Shown here: positions 11,414 through 22,653 of the stretch, piece by piece
Layout: each line of letters opens with the position of its first letter
Numbering within the stretch: the first letter of the stretch is position 1
Origin: Macrostomum hystrix
Taxonomy: Eukaryota > Animalia > Platyhelminthes
DNA: 64,000 nucleotides
Reading direction: 5' to 3'
NCBI GenBank assembly: GCA_950097015.1
Contig: CATNEN010000031.1
Coordinates: 806,001 to 870,000 of the forward strand
Notes under the pieces: model-generated
Database searches by the model: none
Seen by the model: only the letters and a program-made list of their open reading frames with translations
Told to the model about the DNA's origin: nothing
Made by a program: the position numbers and the translations under genes

Positions 11414-11756
11414 TTCGACAACTGAGCGACCTACAGATGCTGGAAAACTGCTGAAAAATATCACTGAAGATCCACCTTTTATAACCTGTGCCGCACACAA
11501 GAACGGATAGAATGCAGCTTCAGTGTACACGTCTCTCCCTGGATACTTCCACCTTGGAAAGGGAAAACCAATTTCTTGTGAAACAGTCCTTATCGTCGAC
11601 GTCATCTCATCGCCTTTTGGACGCTTAAAAACTGTTCGTCCTTTAATTTGCGCAAAATAGGGCCAACCCCCAAAGGCATAGTGGACACAGCTTCAAGGCA
11701 GATGCACACACGCTTCAGGGCCTGGTGTCATTCTGCAAACATTACTACCTGTATTA

Positions 11757-12252
11757 CGAGGGTCACTCAGAAAGTCTTTAGCCTGAGTATGATCCACGAG
11801 ACGCAGAAGCATGAAATTTGTCTATGGTAAAGACCACCTTTTAAAAGTCTTATAGCTAAATTTTCAAACAGAAGCAGTTACTTTTGAGTCCACTGCAGTG
11901 AGCCAAAGTCAGTTCACCCCTTGCGCCGTTCAATTGCACAATGAAGCTGGAAAATCGTGACTTCAGAGCTATGATGTACTTGCATTTCAAGCAAGGCAAG
12001 TCGCCGGCCGATTCATTTCAAAAATATTAAAGGGCCAGATTTTTTCTTCGCCGGAAGAAGCTGTGAATGAGTTCAAAGACGTCATCGGGGAGCTCCGGGA
12101 TGAGGATTGGCGGCAGTGCTTCGACAGCTGGTTCCACAGGATGCAAGCCTGCATCAATGCGGGGGGAGAGTACTTTGAGCAGTTGTAATGGTTTTTTAGT
12201 TCATATGTTGCTGTTTTCTTGTTCAGGCTAAAGACTTTCTGAGTGACCCTCG
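11757..12252 (+). mobile_element. Internally deleted mariner element (496 bp)
   Basis: Perfect 30-bp TIRs CGAGGGTCACTCAGAAAGTCTTTAGCCTGA (11757-11786 and 12223-12252) with TA duplications on both sides. Transposase N-terminus MKLENRDFRAMMYLHFKQGKS (ATG 11941) is joined to the C-terminus LKGQIFSSPEEAVNEF...WFHRMQACINAGGEYFEQL* (stop 12188). Confidence 0.95.
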
Positions 12253-12659
12253 TATAATAGTAACGTTGGGCTGAAAGTAATTTGAGCAAGAAAAGTCCCA
12301 GTTCGACTGCTCCAAACTTTTCAGGTTGTTCTCAATTCTGACATTCGTTAAGCACTAACCATTACCATTATAATGGATTAAAAATAATTACAGAGAGCTG
12401 TTGTAAAAGTATTGAAAAGTTCAAACTGAGACCAATTTGCCAATCGAGACTGGCATTTAAGCGGTTGTGTTTATTTTTTGCAGACAACTTCTTATCTCTC
12501 CTTCAACCAGACACGATTTCAAAGATAAAAAGCTTTCGCTTTCTGATTGGTTAAAAAAGATTAATCTCGAGGCGAAACTTTTGCTGCATGCAGCAAAATT
12601 CAACACAGTGGAAAATATTATAGCACTTAAGCTTGTTAGACGCTAATGTGTTTATGCCA

Positions 12660-13270
12660 CTGTTGCTAAGGTGATGATACCCACAGTTGCTAAGGTGATG
12701 ATACCCACTGTTGCTAAGGTGATGATACCCACTGTTGCTAAGGTGATGATACCCACTGTTGCTAAGGTGATGATACCCACTGGTGGCCTGGTGCTATGGT
12801 GATGATACCCACTGTTGCTAAGGTGATGATACCTACTGTTGCTAAGGTGATGATACCCACAGTTGCTAAGGTAATGATACCTACTGTTGCTAAGGTGATG
12901 ATACCCACTGTTGCTAAGGTGATGATACCCACAGTTGCTAAGGTAATGATACCCACTGGTGGCCTGGTGCTATGGTGATGATACCCACTGTTGCTAAGGT
13001 AATGATACCTACTGTTGCTAAGGTGATGATACCCACAGTTGCTAAGGTAATGATACCCACTGGTGGCCTGGTGCTATGGTGATGATACCCACTGTTGCTA
13101 AGGTAATGATACCTACTGTTGCTAAGGTGACGATACCCACCGTAGTTAAGGTGATGATACCCACTATAGCTATGGTGATGATACCCACTGTTGCTATGGT
13201 GATGCTACACACAGTTGCTAAGGTGATGATACACAATGTTGCTATGGTGATGATAACAACTGTTGCTATG
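12660..13270. repeat. 24-bp minisatellite (CCACTGTTGCTAAGGTGATGATAC)
   Basis: Tandem units, interrupted three times by a TGGTGGCCTGGTGCTATG variant. Confidence 0.95.
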
Positions 13271-13780
13271 TAGCCATGCTCTGTTGATGATAGCAACGCA
13301 CCAACTGTTAATTTTGAGGCGTCATTAAGAAACAAATAGTTCCAGAAAAATCCAATTATACTACGAGCTAGTGTTCACTAATGTCTTGGTGTTCTCACAA
13401 CTGCGCAGACCACCTGGCCATCGAAGATAACAGGAAAGGCCTGGGAAAGTTACTTTAGCTAAACAAACTAGGCGATTGTGCAATCTGATGCATACCTGAT
13501 CGGCATATACAATTTAGCCTTTCAGAACTTAAAAATGTAAACAGAAATTTCCAAGAAATAGCGCTAACTAACGCTAAGTCATAACGATGAACATTTTTAA
13601 GCACGGCGAAAATACGCAATTCTGCAATGCAATTTCTATACTAGCAAAATAATAAATACCTAGCTCTAACTGCATTCAGGGTCTGATGGTTACAGAGAAG
13701 GCTAAGATTGTACTAATTGATTAGGCGGGCATTTACAACTCCCAGTCCGGGGTGAAGGCGGCGTTCACGGCCTCATGCCT

Positions 13781-16700
13781 TCAGGCCGGTGAGGGAGTCG
13801 GCAGGGGCGCGCGCCGCCGGAGCAGCTGGCGAAGGCGTTGCACAATGGACAGCCGGACTGGCGCCTCGCTGGGATTGCGATCCTCAGTTAGCTGCGGGTG
13901 CGAGGGAATGGGAGATCAGAGAGATCTGACAATATTGGAGTAGGGAGATAAGCAAAAACTGACGGAATGAGAGTGGGGAGAAGGACTCAGGGGAAGAGGA
14001 GAGTGGGGGACAAGGACTGAGGGGAAGAGGAGAGTGGGGGAGAAGGACTGAGGGGAAGAGGAGAGTGGGGGACAAGGACTGAGGGGAAGAGGAGAGTGGG
14101 GAGAAGGACTGAGGGGAAGAGGAGAGTGGGGAGAAGGACTGAGGGGAAGAGGAGAGTCGGGGAGAAGGACTGAGGGGAAGAGAAGAGTGGGGGAGAAGGA
14201 CTGAGGGGAAGAGGAGAGTGGGGAGAAGGACTGAGGGGAAGAGAAGAGTGGGGGAGAAGGACTGAGGGGAAGAGGAGAGTGGGGGACAAGGACTGAGGGG
14301 AAGAGGAGAGTGGGGGAGAAGGACTGAGGGGAAGAGGAGAGTGGGGGAGAAGGACTGAGGGGAAGAGGAGAGTGGGGGAGAAGGACTGAGGGGAAGAGAA
14401 GAGTGGGGGAGAAGGACTGAGGGGAAGAGGAGAGTGGGGGACAAGGACTGAGGGGAAGAGGAGAGTGGGGAGAAGGACTAGGCGAAAAAAGAGAGGGAAA
14501 GAGGGTGGTATTCCACCGTCCAACTTATATCGCAACGAAAAGCAATATCTTACATTTGTGACGCGCAGTTGCCAGACTCGGGCATCGTTGGTGACATGCG
14601 CGTAAATTAAGTAGTCATGCCACCTGGCAGTGATGCGATAGGAATATATTAAATATGCATGGTCTGGATAATCTGGGGATGCAACTAAAATCAACGTAAA
14701 GTCGACTCAAACTGGGGAAACTAAGGGATCGACTCAAACTGGGGAAACTAAGGGATCGACTCAAACTGGGGAAAATAAGGGATCGACTCAAACTGGGGAA
14801 ACTAAGGGATCGACTCAAACTAGGGAAACTAAGGGATCGACTCAAACTGGGGAAACTAAGGGATCGACTCAAACTGGGGAAACTAAGGGATCGACTCAAA
14901 CTGGGGAAACTAAGGGATCGACTCAAACTGGAGAAACTAAGGGATCGACTCAAACTGGAGAAACTAAGGGATCGACTCAAACTGGAGAAACTAAGGGATC
15001 AACTCTAACTAGGGAAACTAAGGGATCGACTCAAACTGGAGAAACTAAGGGATCAACTCTAACTAGGGAAACTAAGGGATCGACTCAAACTGGAGAAACT
15101 AAGGGACCGACTCAAACTGGGGAAACTAAGGGACCGACTCAAACTGGGGAAACTAAGGGATCGACTCTAACTGGGGAAACTAAGGGATCGACTCAAACTG
15201 GGGAAACTAAGGGATCGACTCAAACTGGGGAAACTAAGGGACCGACTCAAACTGGGGAAACTAAGGGATCGACTCAAACTGGGGAAACTAAGGGATCGAC
15301 TCAAACTGGGGAAACTAAGGGATCGACTCAAACTGGGGAAACTAAGGGATCGACTCAAACTGGGGAAACTAAGGGATCGACTCAAACTGGGGAAACTAAG
15401 GGATCGACTCAAACTGGGGAAACTAAGGGATCGACTCAAACTGGGGAAACTAAGGGATCGACTCAAACTGGGGAAACTAAGGGATCGACTCAAACTGGGG
15501 AAACTAAGGGATCGACTCAAACTGGGGAAACTAAGGGATCGACTCAAACTGGGGAAACTAAGGGATCGGCTGTACTCCAAATGAATGAGGCTTCATCGCG
15601 GAATCAAATACTTATTATTTGGGGATATTGAGATATTTATGAATCTAAGAGGTGGAATGTGTACATCAAGTGAGAAAGGTGGTCGAATTCGTGAGCACTT
15701 ACTCGCCATTCTGCTCAATGTAGGCAGCGGTGCCCAGCTGGTTCATCTTGGTCAGGTGCGTGAACGGTTTGGAGCCGCCGATGCAGCGCACGCGGAGGCG
15801 AATAGCAAGGCAGCTGTTGGCCCTGTCAGTGTCGATGCGGAGAATCACCGGCTTCTTCATAGCGTACCGAACATCGTAGTAAAGCTTCAGCTTCAGCCGG
15901 TCCACTGACAGGAGGTAGACGCCTCTGGATTGGAATGGAATCAGAATGGGATTAGAATGGAATTGGAATGAAATAGAATGGTATAAGAATGGAATCATAA
16001 TGAAAAAGAATGGAATTAGAATGGAATTGGAATGGTATCAGAATGGAATCAGAATGGAATTAGAATGGAATCAGAATGGAATAAGAATGGAATCAGAACG
16101 GAATAAGAATGGAATCAGAATGGAATCAGAATGGAATAAGAATGGAATCAGAATGGAATCAGAATGGAATCAGAATGGAATAAGAATGGAATCAGAATGG
16201 AATCAGAATGGAATCAGAATGGAATCAGAATGGAATAAGAATGGAATCAGAATGGAATAAGAATGGAATCAGAATGGAATAAGAATGGAATCAGAATGGA
16301 ATAAGAATGGAATCAGAATGGAATCAGAATGGAATCAGAATGGAATAAGAATGGAATCAGAATGGAATCAGAATGGAATCAGAATGGAATAAGAATGGAA
16401 TCAGAATGGAATCAGAATGGAATCAGAATGGAATAAGAATGGAATCAGAATGGAATACGAATGGAATCAGAATGGAATCAGAATGGAATCAGAATGGAAT
16501 AAGAATGGAATCAGAATGGAATACGAATGGAATCAGAATGGAATCAGAATGGAATCAGAATGGAATAAGAATGGAATCAGAATGGAATAAGAATGGAATA
16601 AGAATGGAATCAGAATGGAATAAGAATGGAATCAGAACGGAATAAGAATGGAATCAGAATGGATTCAGAATGGAATAAGAATGGAATAAGAATGGAATCA

Positions 16701-19228
16701 GAATGGAATCAGAATGGAATAAGAATGGAATCAGAATGGAATACGAATGGAATAAGAATGGAATCAGAATGGAATACGAATGGAATCAGAATGGAATCAG
16801 AATGGAATCAGAATGGAATAAGAATGGAATCAGAATGGAATACGAATGGAATCAGAATGGAATCAGAATGGAATCAGAATGGAATCAGAATGGAATAAGA
16901 ATGGAATCAGAATGGAATACGAATGGAATCAGAATGGAATCAGAATGGAATCAGAATGGAATAAGAATGGAATCAGAATGGAATACGAATGGAATCAGAA
17001 TGGAATCAGAATGGAATCAGAATGGAATCAGAATGGAATCAGAATGGAATAAGAATGGAATCAGAATGGAATACGAATGGAATCAGAATGGAATCAGAAT
17101 GGAATACGAATGGAATAAGAATGGAATCAGAATGGAATACGAATGGAATCAGAATGGAATCAGAATGGAATCAGAATGGAATCAGAATGGAATCAGAATG
17201 GAATCAGAATGGAATAGAATGGAATCAGAATGGAATAATAATGGAATCGGAATGGAATCAGAATGGAATCAGAATGGAATCAGAATGGAATCAGAATGGA
17301 ATAATAATGGAATCGGAATGAAGTCAGAATGGATTCAGAATGGAATAGGAATGGAATCAGAATAGAAGGATGGGTTGGTATAGGACATTCCAGAATCGAG
17401 TTGACCCAGCTTACTTAGAAACCTTAGCAGGTGTCTGCATCTCGTTGATGTACACAAGATCGGGCGTGAATACGCTGTAATCCATTAGGCTGACAAAGAA
17501 GCGAGGAATCTGTCAAACGGTAAAAATTGTGCTCTGGTCTGATTGACTGACGCAAATGAGTAGCCAACTAAAGTGGCTAGTGAATAAATTGGCTTACAAA
17601 CTCCTCCATGTGATATTTCACAGCGTTGAGTTGGTCAATGGTGGCAGTCTTTGTGTAGTTAGGCGTCGCTTTGCAAGGATTCTTGTAGGTAATGGCTGTT
17701 CGATCCTGCAATCGTTTCACCTCCTTCTTCAGTCTCTCGATGGCCTCTCGGTCTTCCTGATCCTGGCGGCTCCTCCGGTCGTTTGGCTTCGGCTCAGGCT
17801 GAGGCGGAGGCGGACTCGCCGCGGCAGCCAGAAAGGACAGTGGAGGCAGCGGCTGTGTTCGATCCGTTTGCTGGCTGACAGTCTAAAAATTGCAAGCGCT
17901 ACTTACTGACTTATGAATGGTCGCAACTGTCTACTGCTAATATAGTATTAAGTAAATTAAATTTCTCTAGCAGTAGAATCCCTGAAGAATAGGGGGCTAG
18001 CACTAGTTCCCTGAAGAATAGGGGGCTAGCACTAGTTCCCTGAAGAATAGGGGGCTAGCACTAGTTCCCTGAAGAATAGGGGGCTAGCACTAGTTCCCTG
18101 AAGAATAGGGGGCTAGCACTAGTTCCCTGAAGGATAGGGGGCTAGCACTAGTTCCCTGAAGGATAGGGGGCTAGCACTAGTTCCCTGAAGGATAGGGGGC
18201 TAGCACTAGTTCCCTGAAGGATAGGGGGCTAGCACTAGCTCCCTGAAGGATAGGGAGTTAGCACTAGTTCCATGAAGGATAGGGGGCTAGCACTAGCTCC
18301 CTGAAGGATAGGGGGCTAGCACTAGTTCCCTGAAGGATAGGGGGCTAGCACTAGTTCCCTGAAGGATAGGGGGCTAGCACTAGCTCCCTGAAGGATAGGG
18401 AGTTAGCACTAGTTCCATGAAGGATAGGGGCTAGCACTAGCTCCCTGAAGGATAGGGGGCTAGCACTAGTTCCCTGAAGGATAGGGGGCTAGCACTAGTT
18501 CCCTGAAGGATAGGGGGCTAGCACTAGTTCCCTGAAGGATAGGGGGCTAGCACTAGTTCCCTGAAGGATAGGGGGCTAGCACTAGCTCCCTGAAGGATAG
18601 GGGGCTAGCACTAGTTCCCTGAAGGATAGGGGGCTAGCACTAGCTCCCTGAAGGATAGGGAGTTAGCACTAGTTCCATGAAGGATAGGGGCTAGCACTAG
18701 CTCCCTGAAGGATAGGGGGCTAGCACTAGTTCCCTGAAGGATAGGGGGCTAGCACTAGTTCCCTGAAGGATAGGGGGCTAGCACTAGCTCCCTGAAGGAT
18801 AGGGAGTTAGCACTAGTTCCCTGAAGGATAGGGGGCTAGCACTAGTTCCCTGAAGGATAGGGAGTTAGCACTAGTTCCCTGAAGGATAGGGGGCTAGCAC
18901 TAGTTCCTTGAAGCGGATAGGGGGCTAGCACTAGTTCCCGAGGCCCAGATGATAGCAGATGATAGCAACTAGCAAGTGAACCAACCATTCCTGACAAAGG
19001 TTCAGTCTGAAATAGCTGGTCGCAGCTTTGCCAAAGAGGCTTAGAAGAGGCTGCACTAGCGAGTGACGGCGGCAGAGGCGCCCGCAGTCTGTGTACGAGC
19101 TGGGCCCGGGCGAGTCCGCTGTTGCAGCAGCGGTGCACTTTTAGCAGGTGATTGAATGGCCGGCTAACTGAGCACCAGGACTGCCTGTTGGAGGCCAGGA
19201 GCAGCGACTGCAGCTCACTGGAGATCAT
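13781..19228 (-). CDS. C6orf136: C6orf136/DUF2358 (SnoaL-like) family protein, probably mitochondrial
   Basis: Exons 19228-18986, 17882-17598, 17509-17415, 15924-15703, an uncertain small exon ~15644-15612, ~14687/14623-14554 and ~13891-13781. Translation MEEFIPRFFVSLMDYSVFTPDLVYINEM...GVYLLSVDRLKL...LRIDTDRANSCLAIRLRV resembles human C6orf136 (ELPKLFLQSHDYSLYSLDVEFINEIL...GRTWYILSL) as recalled. R/S/L-rich N-terminus. Splicing across 15700-14620 is not resolved. Confidence 0.65.
13968..14478. repeat. 30-31-bp purine-rich minisatellite (GAGGGGAAGAGGAGAGTGGGGGAGAAGGACT) in an intron
   Basis: Tandem units seen directly. Confidence 0.95.
14702..15568. repeat. 27-bp minisatellite (GATCGACTCAAACTGGGGAAACTAAGG) in an intron
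   Basis: About 32 near-identical units. Confidence 0.95.
15930..17365. repeat. 11-bp satellite GAATGGAA(TCA/TAA/TAC) in an intron
   Basis: About 130 units, built on a GGAAT core. Confidence 0.97.
17978..18938. repeat. 29-bp minisatellite (TCCCTGAAGGATAGGGGGCTAGCACTAGT) in an intron
   Basis: Tandem units seen directly. Confidence 0.95.
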
Positions 19229-19479
19229 TGCCTATTGCTGGTTCTTTAAGTAGCTGGTCTCAAATTATGTAGCTGAGCTACGGCAACTGACCAGGCCTCA
19301 AATTTATATTGCCTTCTGCTGGCTTCTGGTAAACGCAAGCTGAAAATGATAGTTACATTTTGTAGTTACCTATATAAGCACGACTTAACCTCTATGAAAA
19401 TAGAGAGCAACTTCTTATATTAATATCAAATACATTAAAAGGACCATAAATATGACCGACAGTAACAGGCATTAGGGAA

Positions 19480-20850
19480 CATTTTGTAACAGGCAGACAG
19501 TTACAGGCACTAAGTGAACAGACAGATTGTAACAAACAGACAGTTACAGGCACTAAGTGAACAGACAGTTTGTAACAGACAGACAGTTACAGGCACTAAG
19601 TGAACAGACAGATTGTAACAAACAGACAGTTACAGGCACTAAGTGAACAGACAGTTTGTAACAGACAGACAGTTACAGGCACTAAGTGAACAGACAGATT
19701 GTAACAGGCAGACAGTTACAGGCACTAAGTGAACAGACAGATTGCAACAGACAGACAGTTACAGGCACTAAGGGAACAGACAGATTGCAACAGGCAGACA
19801 GTTACAGGCACTAAGTGAACAGACAGATTGTAACAGGCAGACAGTTACAGGCACTATGTGAACAGACAGATTGTAACAGAAAGACAGTTACAGGCACTAA
19901 GGGAACAGACAGATTGCAACAGGCAGACAGTTACAGGCACTAAGGGAACAGACAGATTGTAACAGGCAGACAGTTACAGGCACTAAGTGAACAGACAGAT
20001 TGTAACAGGCAGACAGTTACAGGCACTAAGGGAACAGACAGATTGTAACAGGCAGACAGTTACAGGCGCTAAGGGAACAGACAGATTGTAACAGACAGAC
20101 AGTTACAGGCATTAAGTGAACAGACAGATTGTAACAGACAGACAGTTACAGGCACTAAGTGAACAGACAGATTGTAACATACAGACAGTTATAGGCATTA
20201 AGTGAACAGACAGATTGTAACAGGCAGACAGTTACAGGCACTAAGTGAACAGACAGATTGTAACAGTTACAGGCACTAAGTGAACAGACAGATTGTAACA
20301 GACAGACAGTTACAGGCATTAGGGAACAGACAGATTGTAACAGACAGACAGTTACAGGCACTAAGTGAACAGACAGATTGTAACAGACAGACAGTTATAG
20401 GCATTAAGTGAACAGACAGATTGTAACAGACAGACAGTTACAGGCATTAAGTGAACAGACAGATTGTAACAGACAGACAGTTATAGGCATTAAGTGAACA
20501 GACATATTGTAACAGACAGACAGTTACAGGCACTAAGTGAACAGACAGATTGTAACAGGCAGACAGTTACAGGCACTAAGTGAACAGACAGATTGTAACA
20601 GGCAGACAGGTACAGGCACTAAGTGAACAGATTGTAACAGACAGACAGTTACAGGCATTAGGAAACAGACAGATTGTAACAGACAGACAGTTACAGGCAT
20701 TAAGTGAACAGACAGATTGTAACAGGCAGACAGTTACAGGCACTAAGTGAACAGACAGATTGTAACAGTTACAGGCACTAAGTGAACAGACAGATTGTAA
20801 CAGGCAGACAGTTACAGGCACTAAGGGAACAGACAGATTGTAACAGACTG
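19480..20850. repeat. 43-bp minisatellite (ACAGTTACAGGCACTAAGTGAACAGACAGATTGTAACAGGCAG)
   Basis: About 32 tandem units upstream of the C6orf136-like gene. Confidence 0.95.
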
Positions 20851-21704
20851 TAGACAGACAGGCAGAAGGTAAATAATTGACAGTTACGGCCAGAGTTAGT
20901 TGCAGGCAGAAAATAACCGTTACCTACTTATGCAGTGGCAGCTTCAGACCAAAAATATACAGTCTGGAATACAGTAATTTACAGCATTCTGTCCCCAAAT
21001 AAGTAGAAGACAAGGCCACGGCCGCCTAGAATTTTTTCGTCACAAAATGCAGTGGATTAGATTCCGATGATCAAATTCCACGTCTTAATTTTCGCGAGAC
21101 AGGCGACCATACGAGACCAGGCTTGGACTAAAAAAATAGAAAAAGTTCTCCCGCAAAATACGCGCGCAATTGATACACACAAACTATCCCATAAATTCGT
21201 CACAAGGCTGCTACAGAATTGTAACAGAAACTAGCAGTACGATAGCAATTGTAACAAATTATTTGGCAAACAAAACTAAATGGACATTAGTTATAGGCGC
21301 ACAGGAATTGGTTTTGGGCGAGTGTTTTTATTGCGAACATAAGAAAATGACAAACCACACGCAAATTGCACTACTTACAACAAGTAGCACTGCATATTAT
21401 ATGGTGCACAGTAAAAAATAAAACGATTTTTAAGCGTGGTTACATACTATTATACTATACTAACAGTATACTAACAGTAGTTAAGAAGAAAATTATCTCC
21501 ATCATATTTACTGTGTATTACAATAATGGACCGCAATAAGAAGTGAAACATAAACCTGGCAATTCAGCACAAAAAACAATAGCATTAACATTATTATTAG
21601 ATTTCACACTTTCATACCTGTAGGAATATACTGATATATAGCCACAAATAGGAGGTTGTAGCCTCGTGGTTAGAGCGTTGGACTCACCACTGAAAGGCCG
21701 TGAA

Positions 21705-22030
21705 GAAATTTGGGGATAGGGAATGGGGTATCCCAGCATAGGGAATAAGGAAACCGATAAAGAATTTGGGCGTCTGGAATGGGGTATCCCAGCATAGGGA
21801 ATAAGGAAACCGATAAAGAATTTGGGCGTCTGGAATGGGGTATCCCAGCATAGGGAATAAGGAGACTGATAAAGAATTTGGGGATCTGGAATGGGGTATC
21901 CCAGCATAGGGAATAAGGAAACCGATAAAGAATTTGGGGATCTGGAATGGGGTATCCCAGCATATGAAATAAGGAAACCGATAAAGAATTTGGGGATCTG
22001 GAATGGGGTATCCCAGGACATGACATAAGG
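21705..22030. repeat. 56-bp minisatellite preceded by a tRNA/SINE-like head fragment
   Basis: About 5.5 units of GAATTTGGG(CG/GA)TCTGGAATGGGGTATCCCAGCATAGGGAATAAGGAAACCGATAAA. 21661-21690 GCCTCGTGGTTAGAGCGTTGGACTC is A-box-like. Confidence 0.85.
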
Positions 22031-22653
22031 AAACATAACAGAACAGCTCAATGGAGAAGAGGAAACACGTTGGCTTTAAACAGAGAGGACCAGAACCACC
22101 TGTAAAGTGGCAGATGAGCAGTAGCACCAGGAGATTAAACATATCATTGACATTGAGCAAGAAAAGAAACAAAGCAAGCATTTAGATTAGCTAAATTAGA
22201 GAAAAGAATAGTCAACAATGCGAAAACACCTCATAGGTAGCAGGCAGACAGGAGATCAATCTAGCCTGCTGCGAGAACCGAAGCCGCTAGTGTTGGGACT
22301 GCGGCGATAAGGCGACACCGGACTAAAGTCTGCCGAACTAGTATAGCCGTAGCCTTGGCTCCACAGGACTGGGCCGGACCGGTCTGTGGGAGAGTTCGGC
22401 AGAGATTAATAATGGCATGACAATCCGCAAAGCCTTCTCAACGCGCTTTCAAAGAGTGTACAGCTGCTCAGTCCGTGGACTGGGGTGGAAGACTGTACAG
22501 CCCATGGACTGTGGAGAAAGACTACAGCTGTTCAGTATGTGGACTGGGGAGGAAGACTGTACAGCTTATCAGTCCGTGGACAGGGGAGGCCGCAACACTA
22601 ACTCATATTTTTAGTTACAATTACTTCAAATTTTCGAAGCTCTAACTACTAAA

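Noticed and set aside
15946-17365. Long ORFs MESEWNQNGIR... as a repetitive protein
   Set aside because: They are translations of the 11-bp satellite in all frames, inside an intron of a minus-strand gene.
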